From NCBI GenBank assembly GCA_022844165.1, contig JALHMH010000053.1, positions 1 to 26,540 on the forward strand: a stretch of DNA of 26,540 bases, written 5' to 3'. The position numbers and the translations under genes are program-made. This document shows positions 8,990-18,399 of the stretch, in pieces. The notes under the pieces were generated by a model. It searched no databases, had not been told where the DNA came from, and saw nothing but the letters and a program-made list of their open reading frames with translations. This DNA comes from Lysobacterales bacterium (GTDB lineage: Bacteria; Pseudomonadota; Gammaproteobacteria; Xanthomonadales; SZUA-5). Each line of letters opens with the position of its first letter. The first letter of the stretch is position 1.

Positions 8990-10046
8990 GACGACGACGC
9001 CAAAGCAGAAGAATGAAAATGGCCCAGGCCAGGAAGGCGATCGGCAGCCAGATTTGCGCAAACAACACCAGTGCAATAAGGTGCACGGCCGCCATCGTCT
9101 GGCGACGAACGGGATGCCATCGTTCGACGTGAATCAGCAAGATGGCATGCACAGTGGACAACGTCGCCGCCGCTGCCGCCGGGAGCAACGCCAGCGGTGC
9201 CGGTGAAAGCGCGATGCCGAGCAGCGGTACGGCCATCAGCAGCGCCGAACGGCGCAGCAGAGTCGGCATAAAGCACCACAGAAGGCGTACGGGCTGCAAC
9301 GGCTGCGCGCTCAGCCATGCCGCGCTTTCAGTCAGACGCTCTGAATAATGAGCCATCAAATCCAGCCATGCGCGAAGACAGGTGGCCGTCAACAGCAGTG
9401 CGATCACCAGCAATGGGCCCGAACCCATCGGCACGAGCAGCAGCGAGGCAGCGGCAAAACGTGCTGTATGCGGCCATCGCGCAGAAGCGGGTTCGAGCGA
9501 GGCGCCAAGAATGTTCAAGCCCGTTGCATCGCGCACTTGCGCCGCACTGCGGCGCGGCACGCCCCGGCGAGCGCGAGGTGTATAGGCCAGCGCCAGCCAG
9601 GCGCCCGGCGAGTATGCAGACAGCGCAACAAGAGGCAACACCGGACTGGGCCATCCCAGAAAGGCAAGAAGAAGAAACCCCGGCAGGGCCGCCACCAGGC
9701 CCAGGCGCAGCGCATGCTGGCGACGAAACTGCATTCGCTGCGCCTGGGTGATCGGCAACGCGCAGAGCCAGTCGCTGGCTTGATGTCGTGTCAGTCGGAT
9801 GCTGTTGCGTAGTACGGTCGATGCGGAAACCAGGCCTACCAGAGCAGCGAGCGCGACCGCCAGCCAATCCGGGAGCTGGTCGACGCGCGCCTTGAGATGA
9901 GCCAATGGCTGGATGATCACCACCAGGGCAATCGCGCCGAACGCCGTCATCGCCGCTACGAGGAACAACGATTCGCCTGACAAGGCGCGGCGCGCAGCGA
10001 TCCAGTTGCCGACTTGAAGTCGGAGCGCAAGTTGATCAGGAGACAT
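8982..10046 (-). CDS. Multi-pass membrane protein, putative ABC exporter permease
   Basis: Many hydrophobic segments; 3' end overlaps the ATPase start; no recognised family. Confidence 0.7.
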   Translation of the reverse strand: MSPDQLALRLQVGNWIAARRALSGESLFLVAAMTAFGAIALVVIIQPLAHLKARVDQLPDWLAVALAALVGLVSASTVLRNSIRLTRHQASDWLCALPITQAQRMQFRRQHALRLGLVAALPGFLLLAFLGWPSPVLPLVALSAYSPGAWLALAYTPRARRGVPRRSAAQVRDATGLNILGASLEPASARWPHTARFAAASLLLVPMGSGPLLVIALLLTATCLRAWLDLMAHYSERLTESAAWLSAQPLQPVRLLWCFMPTLLRRSALLMAVPLLGIALSPAPLALLPAAAAATLSTVHAILLIHVERWHPVRRQTMAAVHLIALVLFAQIWLPIAFLAWAIFILLLWRRRHV

Positions 10047-10122
10047 CGGCGGGTTGTGCTTTAGGTGGTCGTCACAGCTGGCGCGATCGGACCGTTCGAA
10101 CCCCGAAGGAGTTCCCGACCAC

Positions 10123-12312
10123 TCAAGCCGCCTGGGCGTGCACGATGCCGAGCGGTTCGGGTCGATGGTAAGCATAACCCTGCACGCCGTCGACGCCCAG
10201 TTCCTTTAAACGCCGGCCGGTTGCCGTGTCTTCAACGGCCTCACCGACGGTACGCTTGCCGAGTACGCGTGCGATTTCAACAATGGAGCGTACGATCGCC
10301 AGCGAAAGTTCGTTGTTATGCAGATCGCGGACAAAACTGCCATCGATTTTGAAGATATCGACATCCAAGTCGCGCAGGTAGGCGAAGGAGCAGAATCCCG
10401 CGCCGAAATCATCGAGCGCAAAACGCAGGCCCATCTCCTTAAACTGGGAGATGAATTTGCGCGCGTGCGTCAGGTCGCGAACCGCACTGGTTTCGGTAAT
10501 TTCGATGCAGATCTGGCTTGGATCCACGTGACTGCTTTTCAGCCTCTGGCGCAGAAAATGCGCAAAGTCCTCGTCAGCGAGCGTGGACGCTGAGAGGTTG
10601 ATATTCAAGCGCACGCCGCCGGTCGATTCGCTTTCGAGCCAGCGAAGGGCGCGATCGAAGACGTGGCGATCGATGCGACTGGCCATGGAAAAACGCTCGG
10701 CCGCCGGGATGAACCTGTTCGGCATCACGCGCTCGCCATCGGGTCCATGCAGGCGCAGCAGCACCTCATAGGCGATCAGCGCTGGCTCTGCGAAGTAGAG
10801 GATCTTCTGACCGTACAATTCGAAGCGGTCGTTCTCGAGTGCGTCGTTGAGCCTCACAACCCATTCCATCGCCGCGGTTCGCTCAATCAAAGCGGTATCG
10901 TTCGCGCGGTGCGTATGGACCCGATTTCCACCGAGTTCCTTGGCGACGTAGCATGCGCTGTCAGCCTGCGCCAGCAACTCGGTCGAGCTGGCGGTTCGCG
11001 TCGGGAATGGCGCAATCCCGATACTGGCGGTCACGGCAAAAATCCGGTCGCCAGAGGGAAAACGAAAACCGGCGATTCGCAACCGCAATTCCCGAGCTTG
11101 CGCATCGACCGTTGCGGCATCGGCGTCGGGCCACAGGACACCAAACTCGTCGGCGCCGAATCGTGCCAGTTCCACGTTGGCAGGCAGACTGGCGCGCAGC
11201 ACGCTCGACAACTGCCGGATCGCCTCATCGCCTGCCGCATGGCTGGCGGTGTCGTTGATCAGCTTGAACTGATCGATATCGATATAGCCCAGCGCACCGC
11301 CGTTGCCGATCTCGCCGCGCCGTAGCAACGTCTGCGCCAGCTGCTCATCGAAGGCCGTGCGATTCGGGAGCCCCGTCAAGTGGTCGGTGCGTGCCCGTTT
11401 GAGCAACTCCTGGGCACCGGTCCGCAGGCGATAGTTGGCTGTTGCGACAAGCTGCGGCACGATCGCCATCGTGGTCAGCAATGCAATCAGGATGATGGTC
11501 TCTAATGATCCGGAGGGCGCGCTGAAACCGCCGACCGACAGGCCAATCAGTGAGACCACCGTCAGCGCGAACAAACCCGTGGCCCCGGCGGTAAAGATCG
11601 GCTCAAACCGCAGCGCGCTCCACAACAACAAGGTCAGCGGTATGAAACTCAATCCAAGGGCGTAAGCAGGGCTCGCCTCACTGGCATGGACAAGAAGCCC
11701 CCCGCCGAGCACGCTGGCCGTCATCCATAGCGATCTCTCGACAATTGCCGGAAACCGCTTTGGTGGGCGGGTGACACGGCCGGCGTCGATGGTCCCCATG
11801 ATCATGAGCAAGACGGGGGTCAATGCGACGATGCCGAAGATATCGCCGGCGGCCCACTTGGTCAGGCTGAACCAGAATGTATCGGCGCTGGTCATGCCAT
11901 TGACGTACATCCCGAACGCACCGATGGGCGCCCCGACGAGCGCGATGACGGCGGCACCGCCAAGCACCAGGAAACCGTCGCGAAAATCGAGACGCATCGG
12001 AGCACGCCCCCGGACACTCGCGACGAAAGCGCCTGCCAGCAGCGTGGCGGCAATATTGCTCAGCAGCGAGAACGGTACAAAGGCGGGCGGTGCGGGCGAG
12101 ACCAGCAAATGCAGCAGCAGCACACCGGCAGCGATGACCGGCCACCAACGCAGGCCATGATGCAAGATCACTGCATATGCGACGCCTGCAGACGGCCAGA
12201 TCAGCGTCACATCCGTTGGTTTCGCCAAGAAGAGCACTGCAAGTTCGGCGCACGCGACATACAAAGCCACGTAAATAGCGAAGCGAACGAGCGTGGCGCG
12301 ATCAGCATCCAT
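10123..12312 (-). CDS. MASE1-GGDEF-EAL c-di-GMP signalling protein
   Basis: IWPSAG/MASE1-type TM region; TDHLTGLPNR, DIDQFKLIND, RFGADEF; EAL domain YEVLLR, IEITET, DDFGAG, KIDGSF, QGY. Confidence 0.92.
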   Translation of the reverse strand: MDADRATLVRFAIYVALYVACAELAVLFLAKPTDVTLIWPSAGVAYAVILHHGLRWWPVIAAGVLLLHLLVSPAPPAFVPFSLLSNIAATLLAGAFVASVRGRAPMRLDFRDGFLVLGGAAVIALVGAPIGAFGMYVNGMTSADTFWFSLTKWAAGDIFGIVALTPVLLMIMGTIDAGRVTRPPKRFPAIVERSLWMTASVLGGGLLVHASEASPAYALGLSFIPLTLLLWSALRFEPIFTAGATGLFALTVVSLIGLSVGGFSAPSGSLETIILIALLTTMAIVPQLVATANYRLRTGAQELLKRARTDHLTGLPNRTAFDEQLAQTLLRRGEIGNGGALGYIDIDQFKLINDTASHAAGDEAIRQLSSVLRASLPANVELARFGADEFGVLWPDADAATVDAQARELRLRIAGFRFPSGDRIFAVTASIGIAPFPTRTASSTELLAQADSACYVAKELGGNRVHTHRANDTALIERTAAMEWVVRLNDALENDRFELYGQKILYFAEPALIAYEVLLRLHGPDGERVMPNRFIPAAERFSMASRIDRHVFDRALRWLESESTGGVRLNINLSASTLADEDFAHFLRQRLKSSHVDPSQICIEITETSAVRDLTHARKFISQFKEMGLRFALDDFGAGFCSFAYLRDLDVDIFKIDGSFVRDLHNNELSLAIVRSIVEIARVLGKRTVGEAVEDTATGRRLKELGVDGVQGYAYHRPEPLGIVHAQAA

Positions 12313-12747
12313 GGCGTCGAGTTTACGCTCCGTATGCGTCGCTGAGTTTATCTTGATCTGTAGAAACTGAAATTTCGAGGCATCCTTCCATACCCAGGAG
12401 CGGTTTGCATAACCGTAGCGAGCGGGTCGAGAGCAAGGCGCACCGCGCGCAGGAACGGCAGTGGACATAGAGTCCATGAGGGTGAAGCGGTCTTTCGAGC
12501 GGCATGCCGCGAGCCGCTGAACGCACGCAACTTGTTGCGTGGCCGGGGAGCGAGCGCGGAGCAACGCAGCTATCGACCCGCGCAGGTTATTCAAACCGCT
12601 CCCAGGATCGAATGCCTCGAACGCGAACCATGAACGAGAATTGCGTGAAGCAAGACTGCTAAGCTTGCTGTGCCGTTGCGTTCAGCATTCGGCAGCAGGA
12701 TCACCCTACAATGTTCCCCGTCGGTCCGATTCTATTCTGAGGTCGCC

Positions 12748-13425
12748 ATGTTGACTCGCACGTTTCTCATCGCCACTCTCATACTCACCGTCGCGCTTTC
12801 CAATTGCGCAGATGCACAACGCGTCGGCAGCGTGGAGAGCGTGGGCAAGATGTACAAGTGGAAGGACAAAGACGGCAACGTGCATTACACCGACACGATC
12901 CCGCCCGAAGCGCAGGATCTTGCCCGCGAAGCGTTGAACAAAGATGGTATCGCGATCGAAAAAGTCGAGCGTGCGATGACGGTGGAGGAAAAAGCCGCAC
13001 GCGCGGCGGCAGAAGCCAAAGCAGCCGAAGAAGCGCGGCTCGCCGAAGAGGCGCAAAAACGCGATCGGGTGCTGCTGAATTCTTACGCGAGCGAAGACGA
13101 TTTGACCCGCGGTTACAAACAGCGCATGGACTTGTTGGCCCAATCGATCGAAGCACGCAAGATCGAAATCGGCGCCCGGGAACAAAGCTTGTCGAATCTG
13201 GTGGCGCAGGCGGCCGATCTGGAACGCTCCGGAAAGGTCGTGAGCGATACGCTGAAACAGATGATCGTCAGCGAGCGCAATGAGATCGATCGGCAGAAGG
13301 GCTTCATCAAAGAGAAGGAAGCCGAAAAAATCACGGCGAAAAAAGAGTACGACCGCGATCTTGCCGTGTACCGTGCTGTCGTCGCGCGCAACAAAGCGGC
13401 GATGGAGGCGGCCAAAGCCCAATAA
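12748..13425 (+). CDS. DUF4124 domain secreted protein with coiled coil
   Basis: Signal peptide, YKWKDKDGNVHYTDTIPP, RDRVLLNSY, charged helical C-terminus; GAGG RBS. Confidence 0.88.
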   Translation: MLTRTFLIATLILTVALSNCADAQRVGSVESVGKMYKWKDKDGNVHYTDTIPPEAQDLAREALNKDGIAIEKVERAMTVEEKAARAAAEAKAAEEARLAEEAQKRDRVLLNSYASEDDLTRGYKQRMDLLAQSIEARKIEIGAREQSLSNLVAQAADLERSGKVVSDTLKQMIVSERNEIDRQKGFIKEKEAEKITAKKEYDRDLAVYRAVVARNKAAMEAAKAQ

Positions 13426-14013
13426 ATGCGCGTCTGTGTGTATTGCGCGTCGAGTGACGCGGCGCACGTCGCCTACCGCGACGCCGCATTTGCGCTTGGC
13501 GCTCTACTGGCCACAAGCGGCGCATTAACCGTCTACGGCGGCGGCAGTGCGGGTTCTATGGGCGCCCTGGCCAACGGCGCGCTGAGCGCTGGCGGCGAGG
13601 TGCTCGGTGTTTTGCCGCGCTTTATGGCCGATCTGGAATGGGGTCACCCCGGATTGACGCGACTGGAACTCGTCGACGACATGCGCGAGCGCAAGCACCG
13701 GCTGCTCTCCGGCAGCGATGCCGTGGTTGCCTTACCGGGCGGCTGCGGCACCCTTGAGGAGCTGTTCGAAGCGATTACGCTCAAGCGCCTGGGCATCTAC
13801 TTCGGTCCGATCATCCTGCTCAACACGCTGGGCTTCTATGACGATGTCGCACGCGTATTGGAACGATGTGTGGACGAGCGTTTCATGAACCCCGAACATC
13901 GCGCGATGTGGTCCTTGGTCGATCGCGTCGATGACGTGCTGCCAACCATTGCGCGTACGCCCCGATGGCGCGAGGATGCGCGCGAACTGGCGGTTGTGCG
14001 CACCGATGCCTGA
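13426..14013 (+). CDS. LOG family (TIGR00730-like) nucleotide phosphoribohydrolase
   Basis: VCVYCASS, VYGGG..G.MG, MRERK, PGGCGTLEE. Confidence 0.93.
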   Translation: MRVCVYCASSDAAHVAYRDAAFALGALLATSGALTVYGGGSAGSMGALANGALSAGGEVLGVLPRFMADLEWGHPGLTRLELVDDMRERKHRLLSGSDAVVALPGGCGTLEELFEAITLKRLGIYFGPIILLNTLGFYDDVARVLERCVDERFMNPEHRAMWSLVDRVDDVLPTIARTPRWREDARELAVVRTDA

Positions 14014-14818
14014 ACTGCCGGAGGTCGAGACCACACGCCAGGGCATCGCGCCACATGTGATCGGACGGCGGATTATCGATGTGGTTGTCCGCGAACGCAG
14101 GCTGCGCTTTGCTATCGAAGACGCGTTACTGCACGGACTGTGCGGCGCGATTGTGGCCGATGTCCGACGGCGAGCGAAGTTTCTGCTCCTGGATGTCGCC
14201 GCCGGCAGCGCAGTTGTCCACCTCGGCATGAGCGGCAGCCTGCGGGTACTCGATGCGGAGTCGACACCGCGTCGTCACGATCATGTGGATGTGCGCCTCG
14301 ACAGCGGCAAGCTTCTGCGCTTCAACGACCCGAGGCGTTTCGGAAGCTGGCAGTGGCAACCGGCAGGCACTTGCCACCCACAGTTGGCGACGCTGGGACC
14401 CGAACCGTTCGATGCGCGCTTCGACGGCGCGTATTTGAAGCGCCGCAGCGATGGCCGCAGCGTCAACGTCAAGCATTTTCTGATGGACCAGCGCATCGTC
14501 GTCGGTGTGGGGAACATCTATGCAGCCGAAGCGCTGTTTCGCGCCGGCATCGATCCGCGCCGCGCCGCCGGACGAGTCTCGCTGGCCAGGTATCGAATGC
14601 TGGCGCAACACGCTCGGGACATCCTGCACCAGGCCATCGGACGTGGCGGTACGACGTTGCGCGATTTCCTGCGGCCAGACGGAGAGCCAGGTTATTTCGA
14701 ACAGGAACTCTCTGTTTATGGCCGCGAAGGTGAGCCATGCCGGGTCTGCGCAACGTCGATTCGCAGCGTCCGCCTTGGACAACGTTCGAGCTTTTATTGT
14801 CCGACGTGCCAGAAGTAG
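14006..14818 (+). CDS. mutM: Formamidopyrimidine-DNA glycosylase
   Basis: MPELPEVET start, HLGMSG, DPRRFG, GVGNIYA, C-terminal CxxC...CxxC zinc finger. Confidence 0.97.
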   Translation: MPELPEVETTRQGIAPHVIGRRIIDVVVRERRLRFAIEDALLHGLCGAIVADVRRRAKFLLLDVAAGSAVVHLGMSGSLRVLDAESTPRRHDHVDVRLDSGKLLRFNDPRRFGSWQWQPAGTCHPQLATLGPEPFDARFDGAYLKRRSDGRSVNVKHFLMDQRIVVGVGNIYAAEALFRAGIDPRRAAGRVSLARYRMLAQHARDILHQAIGRGGTTLRDFLRPDGEPGYFEQELSVYGREGEPCRVCATSIRSVRLGQRSSFYCPTCQK

Positions 14819-14857
14819 TTGCGGCGAAGCGCCAGTGCTCTTGTGTGGGTCGCGCAC

Positions 14858-17473
14858 TCACTCGAAACCGCTGCTGAGCAGACGATCGTGCATCAACACA
14901 GCCGCTATACCGCCACGAACCGCGCCGGCTATGCCGCTGAACTCGCCACCGGCAATGATTCGATCGCTACCCAATGCGATGCTGTTGGCAAAGCCTTGTT
15001 GTGCCGCGACTTTCCAACTCACATCCATGGCACCGCCTGCTTCGGGCAGACGCAGTAACACGGTGTCGCCGCCCGTGGAAACTCGCCTGCCATACAAGAA
15101 CCCACGGTCGTACCCGAGGGCGAAGTTGAAACTACTACCAACGGTTGGCAGCAGATGGCTGTCCAGTACACCGGTTGCGAGCAGCAAGCGAGCTGGGGAA
15201 ATTCGTGGTTGCGCACTGATTTCGGTGAAGTTTCCTGAGACCCAGATCCCGCCCTTGCCGTCGAGCGCGAAGCGGCTGATCTGCGAGTTCAAGCTCGGCG
15301 TAGCAAAACCGGCGCTCAATGCGCAGGAAAAGGCGTCGACTTTTTGCAACGATGTCGAGGCGCTGGGCCGGCCGACAATGCTGTTACTCGCAACGTCGAA
15401 GTACATTTCCACATAGCTGCGGCCCGCACCAGCGCAGCTCGGATCGGCGCTGCCATTGCCGGCAAAACTCAATCTTTGCAGTCCACTGCTGTTGGAGATA
15501 TAGAGCGCTTGCGACGAGTTGGTCATCGCGTTGACGCTGCTGCTATTGCTCCAGCCCGGAACAATGCCACCATCGATTTCATTGAGTTGATTGACCCCGC
15601 CGGAATGGCTGACCCAAATGCCGCTGCCAGGTCGCACCACAAACTCACTGAAGTTATTGGTCGTCACGGCCGGGCGCCAAACGGTATCCAGCATGCCGTT
15701 GCTGATTCGCGCAAAGTTGGCGATTGGTACAGCGTTAACGGTCGTGAAATCTCCCAGCGCATAGATGCGGTTGGTGCTCTCGTCGAAGGCGACTCTGTTG
15801 ACCGAAGCCGTTTGGGTCGCACCGGCCGGCACCACCACGGTGTCGGTGCTGCCATCTGCATTCAGTTGCGCCAACCCCAGGCGTGCAGATTGATTGACCG
15901 CGGTGAAGCCACCGGCCACCATTAGACGTCCGCCGCCATCGCCCTGCGTCAGCCGAATGAAGTCGAATCCGTCGAAACTCGGGTTGAACACCGCATCGAT
16001 CGCGCCGGTCAGCTTGTTCAGCTTTGCGACTCGGCGCTGCGTGGCTGCTGCGGGCGGATTGGAAACCAGCACATTCGGACCGGATGTTGAAATGTAGACG
16101 CTGTCGTTGATCAGCCGTATCGACTGAAAGGCACCGTTTGCCGAGACGTTCCATCCGCTATCGACGGCACCGTTGGCGAGTGCGACCTTCGCCAGGTTGT
16201 TGGAGGCCCCGGCGAGAAAACTCCCCGCGATATAGGCGGCGGATGCATCAATCGCAACGCTCTGCACACTTGGGCTGCTGCCGGTGAGACCGGCATTCCA
16301 ATCGAGCACGACAGAACCGGCGCCTGTGGTGTTGATTTTGGCAATGCCGGCCCGCGAAATCCCGCCGACGTTGGTGAAACTCCCGCCGATCAGAACTTGA
16401 TCTGCCCCGAGCGCGGCAAAGGTTCGTGTTCCTTGCCCCGACAGGTTGAACTCAGGATCGACCGTGCCGTCGAAGCGCACCTTAACCAGCCCATTCCGGG
16501 CTGGCCCGTTGGTGATCGTGGTGAACCGTCCGCCGACGAGCAGGCCATCTGACACCAGAACCATCGCATCGGCGAAGGTCGGGTTAAAATTGACTTGCGG
16601 GAAACTTGTGTCTCTGCTTCCGCTGGGATTCAAGCGCAGCAATCTCGCGCCATCGATGACGTAGATCCGTCCAGCGGTATCGACCAGCATACGGTTGAAG
16701 ACGCTGGGCGCAAAGCTGGTTTGCTGGAAGCTGGTGTCCACAGAGCCATCCGGGTTGAGCCTCGCTATCGCCTCTCGCTGAACGTTGCCAATTCGTTGAA
16801 AGCCGCCGGCAATCAGGTACTTGCCATCATTCAACCGATGCAAGTCGCTCACGGCTGCGCCCTTTGAAAAGCTCACATTGGGCACCGCAAGGCTGGCGGT
16901 GTTGCCCGTCAAACTGTCGGCGATTTGCCACTGTACGTGGTCGATCTCGATGCCGCCATTGGCGCGCACCTCAATGGCGCTGATCCCAAGGTTGCTGCGC
17001 AGGCCAAAAAAGCGGTCCTCGGCCGTGCCCCCCGTACTGCTGCCGTCTGCCAATGCATGGGGGCCCGACACGCCCAACGATTCGCCTTGTGGGCCGAAGG
17101 CCTCGAACGTAACCTGCCCAGCACCATCGGTCCAGACCAGGCCAGCAAAGGTCGGCCGCGCCAGGAACTCGACGCGCACCACGCCAGAACTCTGCAGTGT
17201 GTGGCCGCCCCGCCCGAATCCATCCAAGAGGCCATCGTCATAGTCGACCGAGTCAGTCACATTGGAGGGCGTGACGATGCTGCCGCGAATCGCCAGGTCG
17301 GGCGCTATGACCGCGTCCTCAAAGTTCTCGATGTTCAGCGGTCCACTGCCAAAGCCCGCGGGCGTGTCGGCGGATCTGGTGTATGGCACTGGGCCGAAAA
17401 GCTGAGCCAGCCCAGGTGTCGCAGCGGTCATCGCGACGATGGCACTCATTGCGATGAAGTACTTCTGCAGCAT
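14858..17473 (-). CDS. Large secreted protein with delta-60 (DUF5122-like) beta-propeller repeats and C-terminal GFE motif
   Basis: Signal peptide; repeats RLNPDGSVDTSF, RLNPSGSRDTSF, KVRFDGTVDPEF, KLNKLTGAIDAVF, each with a preceding GGxF; ends DRLLSSGFE*; GAGG RBS. Confidence 0.85.
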   Translation of the reverse strand: MLQKYFIAMSAIVAMTAATPGLAQLFGPVPYTRSADTPAGFGSGPLNIENFEDAVIAPDLAIRGSIVTPSNVTDSVDYDDGLLDGFGRGGHTLQSSGVVRVEFLARPTFAGLVWTDGAGQVTFEAFGPQGESLGVSGPHALADGSSTGGTAEDRFFGLRSNLGISAIEVRANGGIEIDHVQWQIADSLTGNTASLAVPNVSFSKGAAVSDLHRLNDGKYLIAGGFQRIGNVQREAIARLNPDGSVDTSFQQTSFAPSVFNRMLVDTAGRIYVIDGARLLRLNPSGSRDTSFPQVNFNPTFADAMVLVSDGLLVGGRFTTITNGPARNGLVKVRFDGTVDPEFNLSGQGTRTFAALGADQVLIGGSFTNVGGISRAGIAKINTTGAGSVVLDWNAGLTGSSPSVQSVAIDASAAYIAGSFLAGASNNLAKVALANGAVDSGWNVSANGAFQSIRLINDSVYISTSGPNVLVSNPPAAATQRRVAKLNKLTGAIDAVFNPSFDGFDFIRLTQGDGGGRLMVAGGFTAVNQSARLGLAQLNADGSTDTVVVPAGATQTASVNRVAFDESTNRIYALGDFTTVNAVPIANFARISNGMLDTVWRPAVTTNNFSEFVVRPGSGIWVSHSGGVNQLNEIDGGIVPGWSNSSSVNAMTNSSQALYISNSSGLQRLSFAGNGSADPSCAGAGRSYVEMYFDVASNSIVGRPSASTSLQKVDAFSCALSAGFATPSLNSQISRFALDGKGGIWVSGNFTEISAQPRISPARLLLATGVLDSHLLPTVGSSFNFALGYDRGFLYGRRVSTGGDTVLLRLPEAGGAMDVSWKVAAQQGFANSIALGSDRIIAGGEFSGIAGAVRGGIAAVLMHDRLLSSGFE

Positions 17474-17520
17474 GACCGGATCCTCAAGTGGATGGGCGCT
17501 TGTCGACGCGCGAAGACGCC

Positions 17521-18204
17521 TCAGTGATTGCCGCCGGCATCCGTGCTGCTGCCGATGGCCGGACCGGCAAAACTGGCGACGCAACGCACGAGAATGGACT
17601 GGTAGGTCGCAGGCGCGAAAAAGCGCACGGCCGTACCGCATGCGGCAAAATGATTGCTGCGAATCAGGTTCTCTTTGCCGTTCACGTCGAGAGCAAAGAA
17701 GGCGCCAGAAATCAGATTGTCCTGAACCACGCTGCTGTAAGCGTCGAGCTGGATTCCCGGACGCCCGGCATTTGGGTTGTCATTGCGCAGCAGATTACTT
17801 TCGATGCGCGCGCCATCGCCGCTGACCGAAATTCCCACGGCGTTATTGAGCAAAGTCAAGTCGCGGACATAGCAGCCACTGCAGTTGCGCAGAGCGACCG
17901 CGAAATTGCAGCCGACGATGCTGCCACCGTGGACGCGCACATTGCTGATGCTTGTACCGTTGATGGCGTTTTGACTGGACAGCGTGCAGCGCAGGCGGTA
18001 CCCGGAAAGGTCCAGGTCGACATCACCCGCCCCGATGCTGATCTGGACACCGTTTGCCGTACTCGAAGTTAAGCTCGAGGCCAAACAGTATCGACCACTT
18101 TGGGCAATCGAATACGGCAGGCTCGTGATGGTGGTGCAGGTGTACGCCGAAGCGCTGAACAGCAAACTGGCCATGGCCAGCTCGATGCGATGCGACACGC
18201 TCAT
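17521..18204 (-). CDS. Secreted right-handed parallel beta-helix protein
   Basis: Hydrophobic leader; 'ITSLPYSI..SGRYCL', 'V.LDL.GY.L', Asn-ladder repeats; GGAAGGGAA RBS. Confidence 0.8.
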   Translation of the reverse strand: MSVSHRIELAMASLLFSASAYTCTTITSLPYSIAQSGRYCLASSLTSSTANGVQISIGAGDVDLDLSGYRLRCTLSSQNAINGTSISNVRVHGGSIVGCNFAVALRNCSGCYVRDLTLLNNAVGISVSGDGARIESNLLRNDNPNAGRPGIQLDAYSSVVQDNLISGAFFALDVNGKENLIRSNHFAACGTAVRFFAPATYQSILVRCVASFAGPAIGSSTDAGGNH

Positions 18205-18274
18205 TTCCCTTCCTCCGATGCGCAACGAATTTGGCTATTGCACCGATAAACCCGGATTCGTGCGAAAGTCCGCC

Positions 18275-18399
18275 ATCAGCCTCGTCGGGTTCGGCCGCTG
18301 GCCCGAAAGGCAGCGGTGCGTGTTCGTAAGGCAGACCGCCGAGCATTGTTGGCTTCGCCAGACAGCGTACTCGCCCCTACAACAGGTTCTGAGGCTGAT
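18275..18399. repeat. Structured intergenic element bounded by a 9-bp inverted repeat (REP-like DNA or RNA element)
   Basis: ATCAGCCTC (18275-83) / GAGGCTGAT (18391-99) enclose several internal hairpins. Confidence 0.45.

Noticed and set aside
12313-12594. N-terminal extension of the MASE1 protein given in the ORF track
   Set aside because: Not domain-like and occupies the divergent promoter region; ATG at 12312 fits better. The same reasoning was applied to the extended starts of bioF, bioB, DUF808, mutM, DevB/C and the delta-60 gene.
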